Origin: a virus
Taxonomy: Duplodnaviria > Caudoviricetes
DNA length: 38,946 nucleotides
Reading direction: 5' to 3' (one strand)
Virus record (IMG/VR): IMGVR_UViG_3300032319_000974
Span: 1 to 38,946 of that record
Below, piece by piece: positions 1 through 9,186 of the stretch; position 1 is the first letter of the stretch, and the number at the start of each line of letters is the position of its first letter. The position numbers were made by a program, and so were the translations under genes. The notes beneath the pieces are model-generated. The model saw nothing but the letters and a program-made list of their open reading frames with translations, did no database searches and had not been told where the DNA came from.

Positions 1-1863
1 CTTGACCGGAGGCTTCAGGTTGTGGCCCTCCGCGCGTGCAGAGGCACGCCCCTTGGCATTGAGACCACCTTTGGGATTCTGTCCTGCCTCGCGTTGCCAC
101 GCGGGAGTCTTGTAGGATTTGCTGACCGGCGGGATTGCAGGCATCCGGCTGACCACCTTGAGGGAAGGGTCGTCCTGCCTGCCCGCTCCTTGGGTTCCCA
201 CATGCAGCTCTTTGCCTATGGCCACGTTGTTGTGCGGCTCGTGGGCATTGAAGTACCCGAGCATCTGTGCCGGGCCACGAATGCTCATCACATGGTCGCT
301 TGGAGTGAATGTCCAGTGTGTGCCATCACCATTGTGATCCGCCCATTTTCCACCCGGCGGACGGCCCATCGGTTCCGATCCCGTAAAGGCAGCCCTTCTT
401 CTCCCCCGTTGCGTCTGCTGCGCATAGATGCTTCCACTTGAGAATGTCGGATGGTTGGGCTTCTTGAATCGGTCGTCCCAATGCAGGTTCCCATCCGGCT
501 CCAACCCTGACTTCCATGCTCCCCTGATGTCGTAATCATGCGCCCCAAGACTTGCTCCGGTTGTTGCCTCCATGTGCGTTTTCCATTGGCCGAACTTCTG
601 CTCCTCGTTGGGAGTCAGGATGGTGTTGTAATGGTCGGACAGATCGGGAATTTTCCCTGAAGCAGCGCTCTTTGCAAAGTTGGCCCCGAGTAGTACTCTA
701 AATTGTTCCGCCAATGCCTTTTGTTCATCGTTTGACTTGACGGTATTGTTGCTCTCTCCCGGAAGGTTCGGATTGCGCGTCGGAGGACGGCCTATCATTT
801 TTGCCTTACCGCTAGCCGTGGCAAGGAAGCCGCTGATCTTCTCGTCCAGTGCCTTCGGATCGTCTCCATATCTGCCGATCATCCGGCGCAGCACATCCAC
901 ACGCTTGGAGAAGATTTCCCGGCTCTTGTCAGCCTGTGGATGATGCGTGAATGCCGAATGCACCATCCCCTTGTTGGCATCATACGTATCCACGATGTCT
1001 CTGGCCTGATCGATCAGTTCATGTCCGCTCGGACGTTTTTCACTTTTTGAGGATTGGAACAGCAGCATGAAGAGGCCCGGAAGGATATCATGATCCTCCA
1101 TGCTGGCCCCCCACGTGTTGTACGAATGATGATGCTTCGGCAAGCCCATGGGATCGTGCGTCAGTGCCCCACCGTGATCGATCAACCACATGCCTTCCTG
1201 CGTTTTCCTGCCCTTTGGGACAAGAAAGTTTCCCGCGTGAGCATCGGTGTGGTCAATCAGGGCTTGCCATACCAGTGATTGGTTTCTTGCCTTTGTGGCG
1301 GCGTCTGGAGACTTGTTTGCGACATCATAGAGTTCCCTCCCCTCCATGACCGGCGTGACCCGGTAGGCCGGTTCGTTCTTCTTCCACTTGTAGTCATCTC
1401 CGACAATCTGGCCAGTCTTGCCACTGTAGAGTTTTGATGGCAATGGCAGCAATCCGTTTCGCTTGTTGGCAAAGATGTTGGTCAGGTTGTCCGCCACATG
1501 CTCGGTTCGTGTTCCCGCTCCGATATCAATTCCTTGCTGAAAGACCTTATCGGGAATGGTTGCCTTTACCGCCCAGTACTTGGAACCGGACACTTTCGGT
1601 TGCACGTAAAATCCATTGCGTAGCAAGCCCTGCTCGGGAGGGCTTTGGTAATTTACTCCTCCTCCTCTTGGACTGCGATGCCACTGCACATGCGTGTTTC
1701 CATGAAGGTTTTCCGGCCATTCCGGCTCTGCCGGTTCGGCAAACCTTGGCACGCCCGGTGTGCTGGGTGCCTTTTTGGCTGCATTTGGTTCTGACGCCTT
1801 GATGGACGACTCTTCGGATTTGGTCAGCGGCCAGACTGCATGGGAGAAAAATCCGGTTTTCAT
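1..1863 (-). CDS. Multidomain protein, >621 aa, open at window edge: HipA/CtkA/PI3-4-kinase-like domain + phage domain of unknown function + DUF6321-like domain
   Basis: Not in the ORF track. Hand-translated from ATG 1863 (ATGA overlap with upstream stop) with no stop down to base 1. Kinase motifs: YWAVKA (Lys), RTEHVAD (Glu), DHTDAHAGNFLV (DxHxxN), WLIDHGG. Then YNTILTPNEEQKF..DYDIRGAWK..HWDDRFKKPNHPTFS, then TPAWQREAGQNPKGGLNAKGRAS (recalled as DUF6321). Confidence 0.85.
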   Translation of the reverse strand, partial: MKTGFFSHAVWPLTKSEESSIKASEPNAAKKAPSTPGVPRFAEPAEPEWPENLHGNTHVQWHRSPRGGGVNYQSPPEQGLLRNGFYVQPKVSGSKYWAVKATIPDKVFQQGIDIGAGTRTEHVADNLTNIFANKRNGLLPLPSKLYSGKTGQIVGDDYKWKKNEPAYRVTPVMEGRELYDVANKSPDAATKARNQSLVWQALIDHTDAHAGNFLVPKGRKTQEGMWLIDHGGALTHDPMGLPKHHHSYNTWGASMEDHDILPGLFMLLFQSSKSEKRPSGHELIDQARDIVDTYDANKGMVHSAFTHHPQADKSREIFSKRVDVLRRMIGRYGDDPKALDEKISGFLATASGKAKMIGRPPTRNPNLPGESNNTVKSNDEQKALAEQFRVLLGANFAKSAASGKIPDLSDHYNTILTPNEEQKFGQWKTHMEATTGASLGAHDYDIRGAWKSGLEPDGNLHWDDRFKKPNHPTFSSGSIYAQQTQRGRRRAAFTGSEPMGRPPGGKWADHNGDGTHWTFTPSDHVMSIRGPAQMLGYFNAHEPHNNVAIGKELHVGTQGAGRQDDPSLKVVSRMPAIPPVSKSYKTPAWQREAGQNPKGGLNAKGRASARAEGHNLKPPVK

Positions 1864-3488
1864 TCCTTTTTCTCCTTCTTATTGTTCATGTGATGATGCA
1901 ACACGGCAATCACCCGCTCGAATGGCAGTTCCTTCAAGAGCGCCGGATCGACCGGTGCCTGCATGGATAACGCATGGTCGATCAGGCTCTGGGTCAGTTG
2001 CGCCAGTCCCCTCGGCGCAACCTCGTCAAGCCTCGTCGCTTCCACATGGTCGATGGGAATGTCGTCCGAGAACATCTGCTTGTATGCCGCATTGCGGTCG
2101 TCATGACCCGCATGAATCACGTCGGATGCCAGAGGCATCGCCAGTTTCCGGAACATCTTCTCCGCCATTTCCATCTGATGCGGCATCACGGTCGAAGTGC
2201 CCTGCACAGGAATTGAAAACCTCGCCACCTCATACGCATTGCGTGGCGTGTTCTCCACTCGTGGCTCGATCTCATGGATATGCGGCCAGCGAATGCTCTT
2301 GACATTCCCCTCGCTATCCGTTACCTGCACGCCATGCGTGCCGATATTGGTGATGCGTCCCCAGACAGGTTCCTGATGGTCGAAAGGATGCTGGACTTTT
2401 ACTCTCGCGCCGATTTTCAGGTCACGATGCTGCGCCCAGTTCTCCTTGCTCTCGGGAACCTTCGGAGCGTTCGACTCCATCGTCATCTGCGCCGATGCAA
2501 TCGTCAGCCCCTGACCCGTACCCGGCGGACGGCCCGGTCGGCGGAATGCCGTCCGGCTGCCACTTCCAATCGTTCCGTATCGCTTGCCCGCATACGGCAC
2601 ATTGCGCATCCAGATTTCACTTGGCTTCTTTGCGCCCGCCTTTTCCATTCCGTCAAGGATGGCATCCATCGAATCGAGATGCTGCCCGACCTCATCGCGT
2701 ATCGGCTTCGGCTTGGGCGAGTACACCTTGATCATGCTCTTCATCAATCGCTGAAGTGATTCATGCGGGATTGCCGATTCCGGTTTGGTCACCGGCTCGG
2801 AAACCTTCTCGATCAATACTTCCGCATAGGCCTTCTTCAAGATGTCCGATCCTTCGGAACGACGCAGGAACAGGGACTTCTTGGCCTCTTCCTCCTTCTT
2901 TCCATCGACGAACTTCTTGATCGCGTACCGGGCTGTCATGTAACAGTAGAAATGCTTGATCTTGTCTTGTGACTTCAGCCGCCGCTTCATGTTGTCCAGC
3001 AACCTTCCGGTTTCGCTGTACAGGAAGCAATTCACGACATGATTGTCGCCATGCACGATCTCTCCATTGGCGGGAGTGACCTTTCCGAAAGTGACTGCAT
3101 GGCCTCCGTGTTTGGGACCACTTCCCTTTGGCCCCTCATGATAGTTCTTGAGCAGCATCTCGTAAATGCCGTTCAGGAGTTCCTCGGTGCTTTTTTCGTC
3201 CAGTTTCGCCACGAACGGCGTTGCAATCTGCTGCTCATCCATCTGTCCGGTAGCGCCGCTGGGTTCACGCTTCGGCCCGTCGTCATGTGCGTTTCGGACA
3301 TCAAGTGCCCCCGGCTTCTTGCCGTACTTGATATAGAACTTATGGAGTTTCTCACTCCAGACACGCCGGTAGTTTCCTCCGCGCAATCCGGGGGCGTGAA
3401 CCTGCCTGTTCCTCTTCGGCGGCGGCGGCGTCCATGAAGGCCCACTGCCCGATGGCGGTGTCATGGAAGGTGGTTGCAACGGAGGCAT
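1860..3488 (-). CDS. Hypothetical modular protein (542 aa), possible internal virion protein; SH3-like module near C-terminus
   Basis: Long ORF coupled to both neighbours. Pro-rich N-terminus, PGLRGG motif, LKKA/LMKS/MEKA sites, beta-rich segment IGARVKV..WGRITNIGTHGVQVTDSEG..IRW. Confidence 0.75.
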   Translation of the reverse strand: MPPLQPPSMTPPSGSGPSWTPPPPKRNRQVHAPGLRGGNYRRVWSEKLHKFYIKYGKKPGALDVRNAHDDGPKREPSGATGQMDEQQIATPFVAKLDEKSTEELLNGIYEMLLKNYHEGPKGSGPKHGGHAVTFGKVTPANGEIVHGDNHVVNCFLYSETGRLLDNMKRRLKSQDKIKHFYCYMTARYAIKKFVDGKKEEEAKKSLFLRRSEGSDILKKAYAEVLIEKVSEPVTKPESAIPHESLQRLMKSMIKVYSPKPKPIRDEVGQHLDSMDAILDGMEKAGAKKPSEIWMRNVPYAGKRYGTIGSGSRTAFRRPGRPPGTGQGLTIASAQMTMESNAPKVPESKENWAQHRDLKIGARVKVQHPFDHQEPVWGRITNIGTHGVQVTDSEGNVKSIRWPHIHEIEPRVENTPRNAYEVARFSIPVQGTSTVMPHQMEMAEKMFRKLAMPLASDVIHAGHDDRNAAYKQMFSDDIPIDHVEATRLDEVAPRGLAQLTQSLIDHALSMQAPVDPALLKELPFERVIAVLHHHMNNKKEKKE

Positions 3489-3491
3489 GAC

Positions 3492-3950
3492 TTACTGTCC
3501 CTTCTTGCCCATCAAGGACGTGACCCAGAGGGGAACATCAATTCCCTTGTCTTTCAACAACAAGTGTAATGCACCATTCTCTCTTCTGTAGGACATGACC
3601 TCTTCAGTCAGGTCTGAAATCTTTTTTTGCATCTTTTCCATTTCTTTGTCATACGACGTGCGGATGGTCTGCATCTCTTCTTCATGGCGCTTGCTCATTT
3701 CGGCCATGTCTTGCTTCATTCGATCCAAGTCTTCGCGGACTTCCTCGCGATAGTCCTCGCTGGCCTTGAGCAATACCTTGAATTGTTCCGCCAATATCTT
3801 TTGATCATCAGTGGCGAATTTTTTTTCAAGTACCGGCTCGGCTCGTTTCCGTTGCAAATGTCCGCGATAGGCGGTCAATGCCATGTTGCCCAGAAACGTG
3901 AAGGCCGCCCCTATGGCACCCGAGGAAATCGCAATATTCCAATCCATCAT
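3492..3950 (-). CDS. Membrane-anchored coiled-coil protein (152 aa), possibly holin-like
   Basis: N-terminal hydrophobic helix IAISSGAIGAAFTFLGNMAL followed by a long charged heptad region. Confidence 0.7.
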   Translation of the reverse strand: MMDWNIAISSGAIGAAFTFLGNMALTAYRGHLQRKRAEPVLEKKFATDDQKILAEQFKVLLKASEDYREEVREDLDRMKQDMAEMSKRHEEEMQTIRTSYDKEMEKMQKKISDLTEEVMSYRRENGALHLLLKDKGIDVPLWVTSLMGKKGQ

Positions 3951-4342
3951 CTCTTCTCCGGAAGACTATCGTTTCTTGGTGGGTCAGATTCTCGTAGCAA
4001 TGGTTCCCGCACGTCAGAAAGACCAAGACGCTGCATCAGGGGATCAGTTGCAATGCTGCTGGACGCAATCGATTCCCATGCTTCCCCACGGCACGGCATC
4101 GGAAATGCCAAGTCCGAGTATTCCGTCGTGGTGCCTTGCATCTTCGGTGCAAAATCCAATGACTGAATGAGTGATAGGGAATACTGCAAAATTGAACAGT
4201 TATGTAGTTTCTTGCAATTGCGGCATGAAGTTGCAGGGGCACGGGGAACCTTTCCGTGAATGATTACGCCATCGGGGATTTCCTGATCGCCTGTGATATT
4301 TATTCGCATTTTCTCTAGCCTCGCGATTATAATACCAATCAT
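3947..4342 (-). CDS. Hypothetical Cys-containing protein
   Basis: CRNCKKLHNC..MPC motif; ATGA overlap with downstream gene; start uncertain. Confidence 0.55.
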   Translation of the reverse strand: MIGIIIARLEKMRINITGDQEIPDGVIIHGKVPRAPATSCRNCKKLHNCSILQYSLSLIQSLDFAPKMQGTTTEYSDLAFPMPCRGEAWESIASSSIATDPLMQRLGLSDVREPLLRESDPPRNDSLPEKR

Positions 4343-4398
4343 GGTACGATGTTTATAGCCTGCATAAATTCAATGTTAGAATAAAAAGAGAGCGCTTG

Positions 4399-4632
4399 AT
4401 GAGAAAGACATTAGTGGAAGTGTTCCGTGACTCTAGCCTGTTGAAAAAGGCGGAGAATCCGGTCGATGTCATTTCCATGGATATTCCCTTGCTGATCCGC
4501 TTGCTGGAATATGCCCGTGAAGATGCAAAGACCGACATGGACCTGCATGATGTTGCAGAACGCCTCACTCGTCTTTCTTCTGGCGGCAAAATTCTTGGCA
4601 TGCGCCATTACCGGAAAGTTGTGAGGTCGTGA
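4399..4632 (+). CDS. Small conserved phage protein (NPVD..MDIPLLIRLLEYAREDAKTDMDLH family)
   Basis: Motif recalled from uncultured phage proteins; module is preceded by LKKA; GTGA overlap with next gene. Confidence 0.75.
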   Translation: MRKTLVEVFRDSSLLKKAENPVDVISMDIPLLIRLLEYAREDAKTDMDLHDVAERLTRLSSGGKILGMRHYRKVVRS

Positions 4633-6983
4633 CCATGAGAAAGTCTCTGGATGCTCCCGAAGTGCCTGTCGATTGGGAATCGTTGCTCAATGATTACCAT
4701 CGCCGAAAAGTTTCCTATCGAGAACACATGATGGCGGTCGATTTCCTGAATCCATACGTGTTCGTATGGTCGGAAACCGAGAAGATGCCCATGCCTAATC
4801 CAACCGTCGATCCGAATGATCTCGAGACGTGGAATGCGGCAAAGGACAAGGCGAAGGATGAATTCGCTCATATCATCAAGTTCGAGAAGACTCTCGGGTT
4901 CAAGCCCGGACGCTTGGTAACCGCCGAAACCCTCATGCGTTTCGCCCCTCCCAGTGTGTCCATGAACACACTGGCAGCGGCATTCGGCGTCAGTCAGGAT
5001 GATGCGCATGATGCGGAGCGCAACTTCAACCTGTTCATGTCCAAGCGCATTTACAACATGTATCACAACATGACAAAAAGTGTGTGGACGGATACGCAAA
5101 TGGAACCATTGCGTCGATCTGCTCCCATGTCGGGCGACCATATCAGCGGACGCATTGATCCACGTACCGGAAAGCGCAACCGTCCAAGATGGGGAATTGG
5201 CGAAAAAGCAGGCATGCGTATCCGATGGGATGCCGCTCACAATTACATGAAACCCGTTGTTATCGAAGGCAAATGGGACGATCTCGATGATGATGACAAG
5301 GTGGCAGTCCAGATTGCCCATAACATGCTCGGCAAGAATGATGAACTGGCTGGACACAAGAAGGATGATCGCAGCCACAAGTGGGTCATTCATACATGGT
5401 TGCGCCCCAGTCAGGAGCGGTTCTTCCTTCAGGGTATCTATCAATACATCTCCCATCATGAAAATGCCGCAGGGGATAGCGCCAGTCGCTTCGGTCCTGC
5501 AGCACGGGCACGGGCGCTTACCCGCGCAAAGCAGAAGGTTGCCAAGGTCGAGGAGGAACGCCGGAAAATCGTTTCCGGCGAGTACAAACCGTTCAAGTTG
5601 ACGGACAGGTACAAGCCCCACAAGGTGCAACCCGGCACCATTGCGGCAAAGAACATCGCCGAAGGCAATCGCGGACATCACATGGGTAACGAAATCGATG
5701 TCGATAGCAAGCAGTTGGTTCCTCTTCAGGGGCAGCATGGTCCGACGGCATACGATCAGCATGAGAATGAAGTTGAGCGACAGAAGGTTCCGCGCTCATC
5801 TCCCGGTCAAAGCGGCAGGCAGTCGGTGGCACACCCCAATTCGGCCGGTGGTATTTCGTTGCCGGAATTGTATGATGCCGTGCAACATGCCGGTATGAAG
5901 CGGTTGCAGCCGGAATACCGCGGTGTCCGCGCTCGTCAGTCGAAGCGTTTGAATGCCGATCTTAAGCCAGTTTCATTGGATGAATGGCGTGAGTGGCGGA
6001 GTTTCAAGCCTTTGCCCGGAGAGAGCAAGCGAGACTTTGAGGTGCGGAAGCGCGAGCATTTCTATAACATCCGCGCAGGTAAGCCTAATCCATCGGTATG
6101 GCGAGGCATCCTTGATGACATCAAGAATGGATTCATCGAGACAAAAAATGGACGCATTGAATTCGATGCACGGATGCGCAAGCAGTTCAATCGTGCTGCG
6201 GCCCGCATTGCGGTAGACAATAGCGTCATCAGCCGCGAGGAAGAGTGGCCCAGTCTTGACTGGACTGTCCGTTCCAAGTACTTCCTCAAGGTCATTCAGC
6301 AATTGCACAAGAACGCCCATCCTGAAATTTACGGAACGGCCGAAGAGCGCGATCATGCTTCCGGACGACAAGGTTCCGCACAGCGGCGCATTCGCATGGC
6401 AGACCGGCAGAAAGAGCGGGATTACCGCGCCAAGATGCAGGCAATGGCTGATCGCCAGCGGCGCAACAAGGCTGCCAAGATCCGTCCCCAGCGACCGGAG
6501 CGGCCGGAAACCCCGGAGGCCGGGGAAAAGAAGAGGCTTGAGATCGGCTCCGCATCACCACCGACCACGCGCGAGAAGGCGATTGCCAAGATCGCACGGA
6601 TCGACGGGCAGGTTTCCAGACTGAGCAGCATCGCCACGTCAGGCGCAAAGGCCCGTCCTGTTGCAGACCTGAAGCCTCTTGCGGATCGTCTTCACAAGGA
6701 AGGGCTGAATGTCAGGAAGGTCATTGCTAAGCATGGAGTGGACAGCAATCGTTACTCACGGGCGTGGGAACGGTTCTTCTCCGTGGTGCAGGAAGCCCGG
6801 AGAGAGTTCGGGCCTCAATACTGGGAGGATGTCTCTCGCATTCGCGAGCGATCACGAAAGATCGGGCGGCTAGGACGCAGCCGACGCGACGCGGAACCTC
6901 TGGCACTTTCACTACGCAGGCTACGGAGCGGTCTGGCCAAGGCCATGCTTGCCGATGTCATTCGCAAATCAAAAGAAGGATAG
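4629..6983 (+). CDS. Large Arg-rich hypothetical protein (784 aa), possible internal virion protein
   Basis: Long ORF; begins MTMRKS and ends LAKA..IRKS; no recognisable enzyme motif. Confidence 0.8.
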   Translation: MTMRKSLDAPEVPVDWESLLNDYHRRKVSYREHMMAVDFLNPYVFVWSETEKMPMPNPTVDPNDLETWNAAKDKAKDEFAHIIKFEKTLGFKPGRLVTAETLMRFAPPSVSMNTLAAAFGVSQDDAHDAERNFNLFMSKRIYNMYHNMTKSVWTDTQMEPLRRSAPMSGDHISGRIDPRTGKRNRPRWGIGEKAGMRIRWDAAHNYMKPVVIEGKWDDLDDDDKVAVQIAHNMLGKNDELAGHKKDDRSHKWVIHTWLRPSQERFFLQGIYQYISHHENAAGDSASRFGPAARARALTRAKQKVAKVEEERRKIVSGEYKPFKLTDRYKPHKVQPGTIAAKNIAEGNRGHHMGNEIDVDSKQLVPLQGQHGPTAYDQHENEVERQKVPRSSPGQSGRQSVAHPNSAGGISLPELYDAVQHAGMKRLQPEYRGVRARQSKRLNADLKPVSLDEWREWRSFKPLPGESKRDFEVRKREHFYNIRAGKPNPSVWRGILDDIKNGFIETKNGRIEFDARMRKQFNRAAARIAVDNSVISREEEWPSLDWTVRSKYFLKVIQQLHKNAHPEIYGTAEERDHASGRQGSAQRRIRMADRQKERDYRAKMQAMADRQRRNKAAKIRPQRPERPETPEAGEKKRLEIGSASPPTTREKAIAKIARIDGQVSRLSSIATSGAKARPVADLKPLADRLHKEGLNVRKVIAKHGVDSNRYSRAWERFFSVVQEARREFGPQYWEDVSRIRERSRKIGRLGRSRRDAEPLALSLRRLRSGLAKAMLADVIRKSKEG

Positions 6984-6987
6984 ATCA

Positions 6988-9183
6988 ATGAAGAGATCAT
7001 TTGAATCGGTAGCCACCAAGATTGCGGAGCGGCAGGGAGTGCCAATGGATCGGGCGCGGTCCATTCTCGCGGCCGGTACCCGTCACGCAGGTGCAGCGGC
7101 ACGGAGGAAGAACCCCGCACTCAATCGCGTGAAGAAGTCCGTGACGCTGGGGATGTCTTATGACCAGCCCCTTCCCATGCCATTTCGCACGGATGGCATG
7201 CCAGACTGGGAAGCGCCGTCGCTCGGCGCGTTTGTCAGTTTCGTGCTGGAAAATGGCCCTCTCAAGGGACGGGTAGTCGTCCTGAAGCGATTGCCAAATG
7301 GCATGTACATCATTGCTCCGGACGGACAGGTCAAGAACCCCGCCAATCGAGACCTCGACAAGGAGAAGATGAAGAAGGAAGAAGATGAGGACTCCGAGCA
7401 TGAAATGCAGGATGTTTTCGATTCAACCAAGATGGGCAAATCATGGCGACGTAAAAACACACCCGTTCGGGAGGAGAGTGATCCAATGAAACTGATGTTC
7501 AGCACAGGAAGAATTACAAAGTCGAATCGCAGGCTGTCCAAGGCTGATTTGCCAACAAAGCCGGTTGTTGATCCTGATCGGGCGGCCGCAATTTTTGAAG
7601 GAGCAAAGGCAAAAAGAGACGCTGCTCCGACATCGGGTAGTATAAGAGCCGCTGGCGACACAAGACCGGTGACCGATCCCGGAAAAGAATCTGAAGCATC
7701 CAAAGAATACGCACGCACAATAATGAGCCGCGGGGGTGCAGGACCGGCTGGTCCCGGACCTCGCGGCCGAACGCAGGTGGCCCTAGGAGAGCGTGTCGCG
7801 GCTAGGAAAGAGGCTCTGGGCTCAGCGGATACCGGCCGTGTCGGCGTTGCTCCTGCAATCAGACAGGATACTGGAGATGAGCCGGAAGGACGAGTTCGAA
7901 GCGCCTTGGGAAGCGAAATCAAGGTGGTCGGTGGGGACAAGAAGGCGATGATGCAAGGGAAACTGGGACAAGTCAGTGCATATCGCAAAAGACCCGATGG
8001 AACGTGGGAAGCGTACGGGGAGCCAATGCCGGATTCAAGAGGAGCCATCAAAGCCGATACCTATAGCCTGACTGATATTGGAAGACGCATGATTGACGCA
8101 TACCGAGCAAAAAATCCGGGCATGGATTGGGCACAGGCGGCGGACGCTTTATCTCGCAGGAAAGAACAATTTGGCAACCTTGATCCTAAGCAACCACGGG
8201 CTATTCACGTATCAACTGATCACGTCAAGAAACTTGATCCGAAGGATACTGTGGCACACATGTCCAAAAAGTGGGTCAGACAGTTGAAGGAAATTTCAGA
8301 CGGGAAAATATGGAGTCTTTTGCAAAAGCGAGCATTGGGAGGCAAGGACAAGGAGGTCGTGCAGTTGCTGGATCAGAAGTTGAAAATTCCCAAGGAACTT
8401 CATGATCACATTCTTCGCGCCCTCAAGAGTGACGAGGAGGTTTTACGGGAATCATTTGCCGCCAAGAGTTTCTCATTGTCATTGACTGAGCGTCAGGCTT
8501 TGCAGTATGGCCGCATTCGCAAGTCACTGATCCGCTTTGCCAAGGCTAATGGCGAGGGACCAAACGAGAAGGACTTGATGTCATTCTTCGGAATTGGCGA
8601 TACAACTCCTCCTGCTCCTGCCGGTCGTGCTGGAGGCAGGCAACGCTCTGCCTTTGATACCGGCAGCGACGATTCCTCTCGCCGAGGTGGCGCTCCAAAA
8701 TCGACTGGAGATGCTTGGGGGGATGTACTGGCGCAACTGGACCGTAAGGAAAAGATGGGCGGAGGTTCGGTGCGTCGTGACGGACAGGCTACCGCTGCCG
8801 AAATTGGCGCTCCTCGGGGAGATCGCTCCCAGTCTGCCATTCGAGGACGAGGGGGCGCGGCATGGAAGAATGTTCCCAGTGTAACCGAACAGGCTGTCAG
8901 GGATGCGGGAAGAGTCAATCGTGGAGCGACAGTGCGAGTTCAGAGACCCGATGGAAGCGTGGCGGAGGGAACATCGCGCCAGTTGGCGGCACAACGTCGC
9001 GCGAGCGACAAGGCCGCACAGGGCGACGCAATGGCAAAACTCAAGCAACTCAAGGAAGAGAATCCCCACTTGAGTGCAGCCGAGTTGGCAGAAATGGCAA
9101 TGAGAAGCAAGTCCTTCGCCAAGGCGCTTCAGCGTTTCTTCAAGGCGCTTCCTGCTCCACGCACATCCCGTCGCTGGAGGTAA
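6988..9183 (+). CDS. Modular low-complexity protein (~731 aa), possible internal virion protein
   Basis: ATG 6988 follows GAAGGA RBS. N-terminal module FESVATKIAERQGV..ILAAGTR..NPALNRVK resembles small standalone phage peptides; multiple xxKS/KA sites. Confidence 0.8.
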   Translation: MKRSFESVATKIAERQGVPMDRARSILAAGTRHAGAAARRKNPALNRVKKSVTLGMSYDQPLPMPFRTDGMPDWEAPSLGAFVSFVLENGPLKGRVVVLKRLPNGMYIIAPDGQVKNPANRDLDKEKMKKEEDEDSEHEMQDVFDSTKMGKSWRRKNTPVREESDPMKLMFSTGRITKSNRRLSKADLPTKPVVDPDRAAAIFEGAKAKRDAAPTSGSIRAAGDTRPVTDPGKESEASKEYARTIMSRGGAGPAGPGPRGRTQVALGERVAARKEALGSADTGRVGVAPAIRQDTGDEPEGRVRSALGSEIKVVGGDKKAMMQGKLGQVSAYRKRPDGTWEAYGEPMPDSRGAIKADTYSLTDIGRRMIDAYRAKNPGMDWAQAADALSRRKEQFGNLDPKQPRAIHVSTDHVKKLDPKDTVAHMSKKWVRQLKEISDGKIWSLLQKRALGGKDKEVVQLLDQKLKIPKELHDHILRALKSDEEVLRESFAAKSFSLSLTERQALQYGRIRKSLIRFAKANGEGPNEKDLMSFFGIGDTTPPAPAGRAGGRQRSAFDTGSDDSSRRGGAPKSTGDAWGDVLAQLDRKEKMGGGSVRRDGQATAAEIGAPRGDRSQSAIRGRGGAAWKNVPSVTEQAVRDAGRVNRGATVRVQRPDGSVAEGTSRQLAAQRRASDKAAQGDAMAKLKQLKEENPHLSAAELAEMAMRSKSFAKALQRFFKALPAPRTSRRWR

Positions 9184-9186
9184 TCA

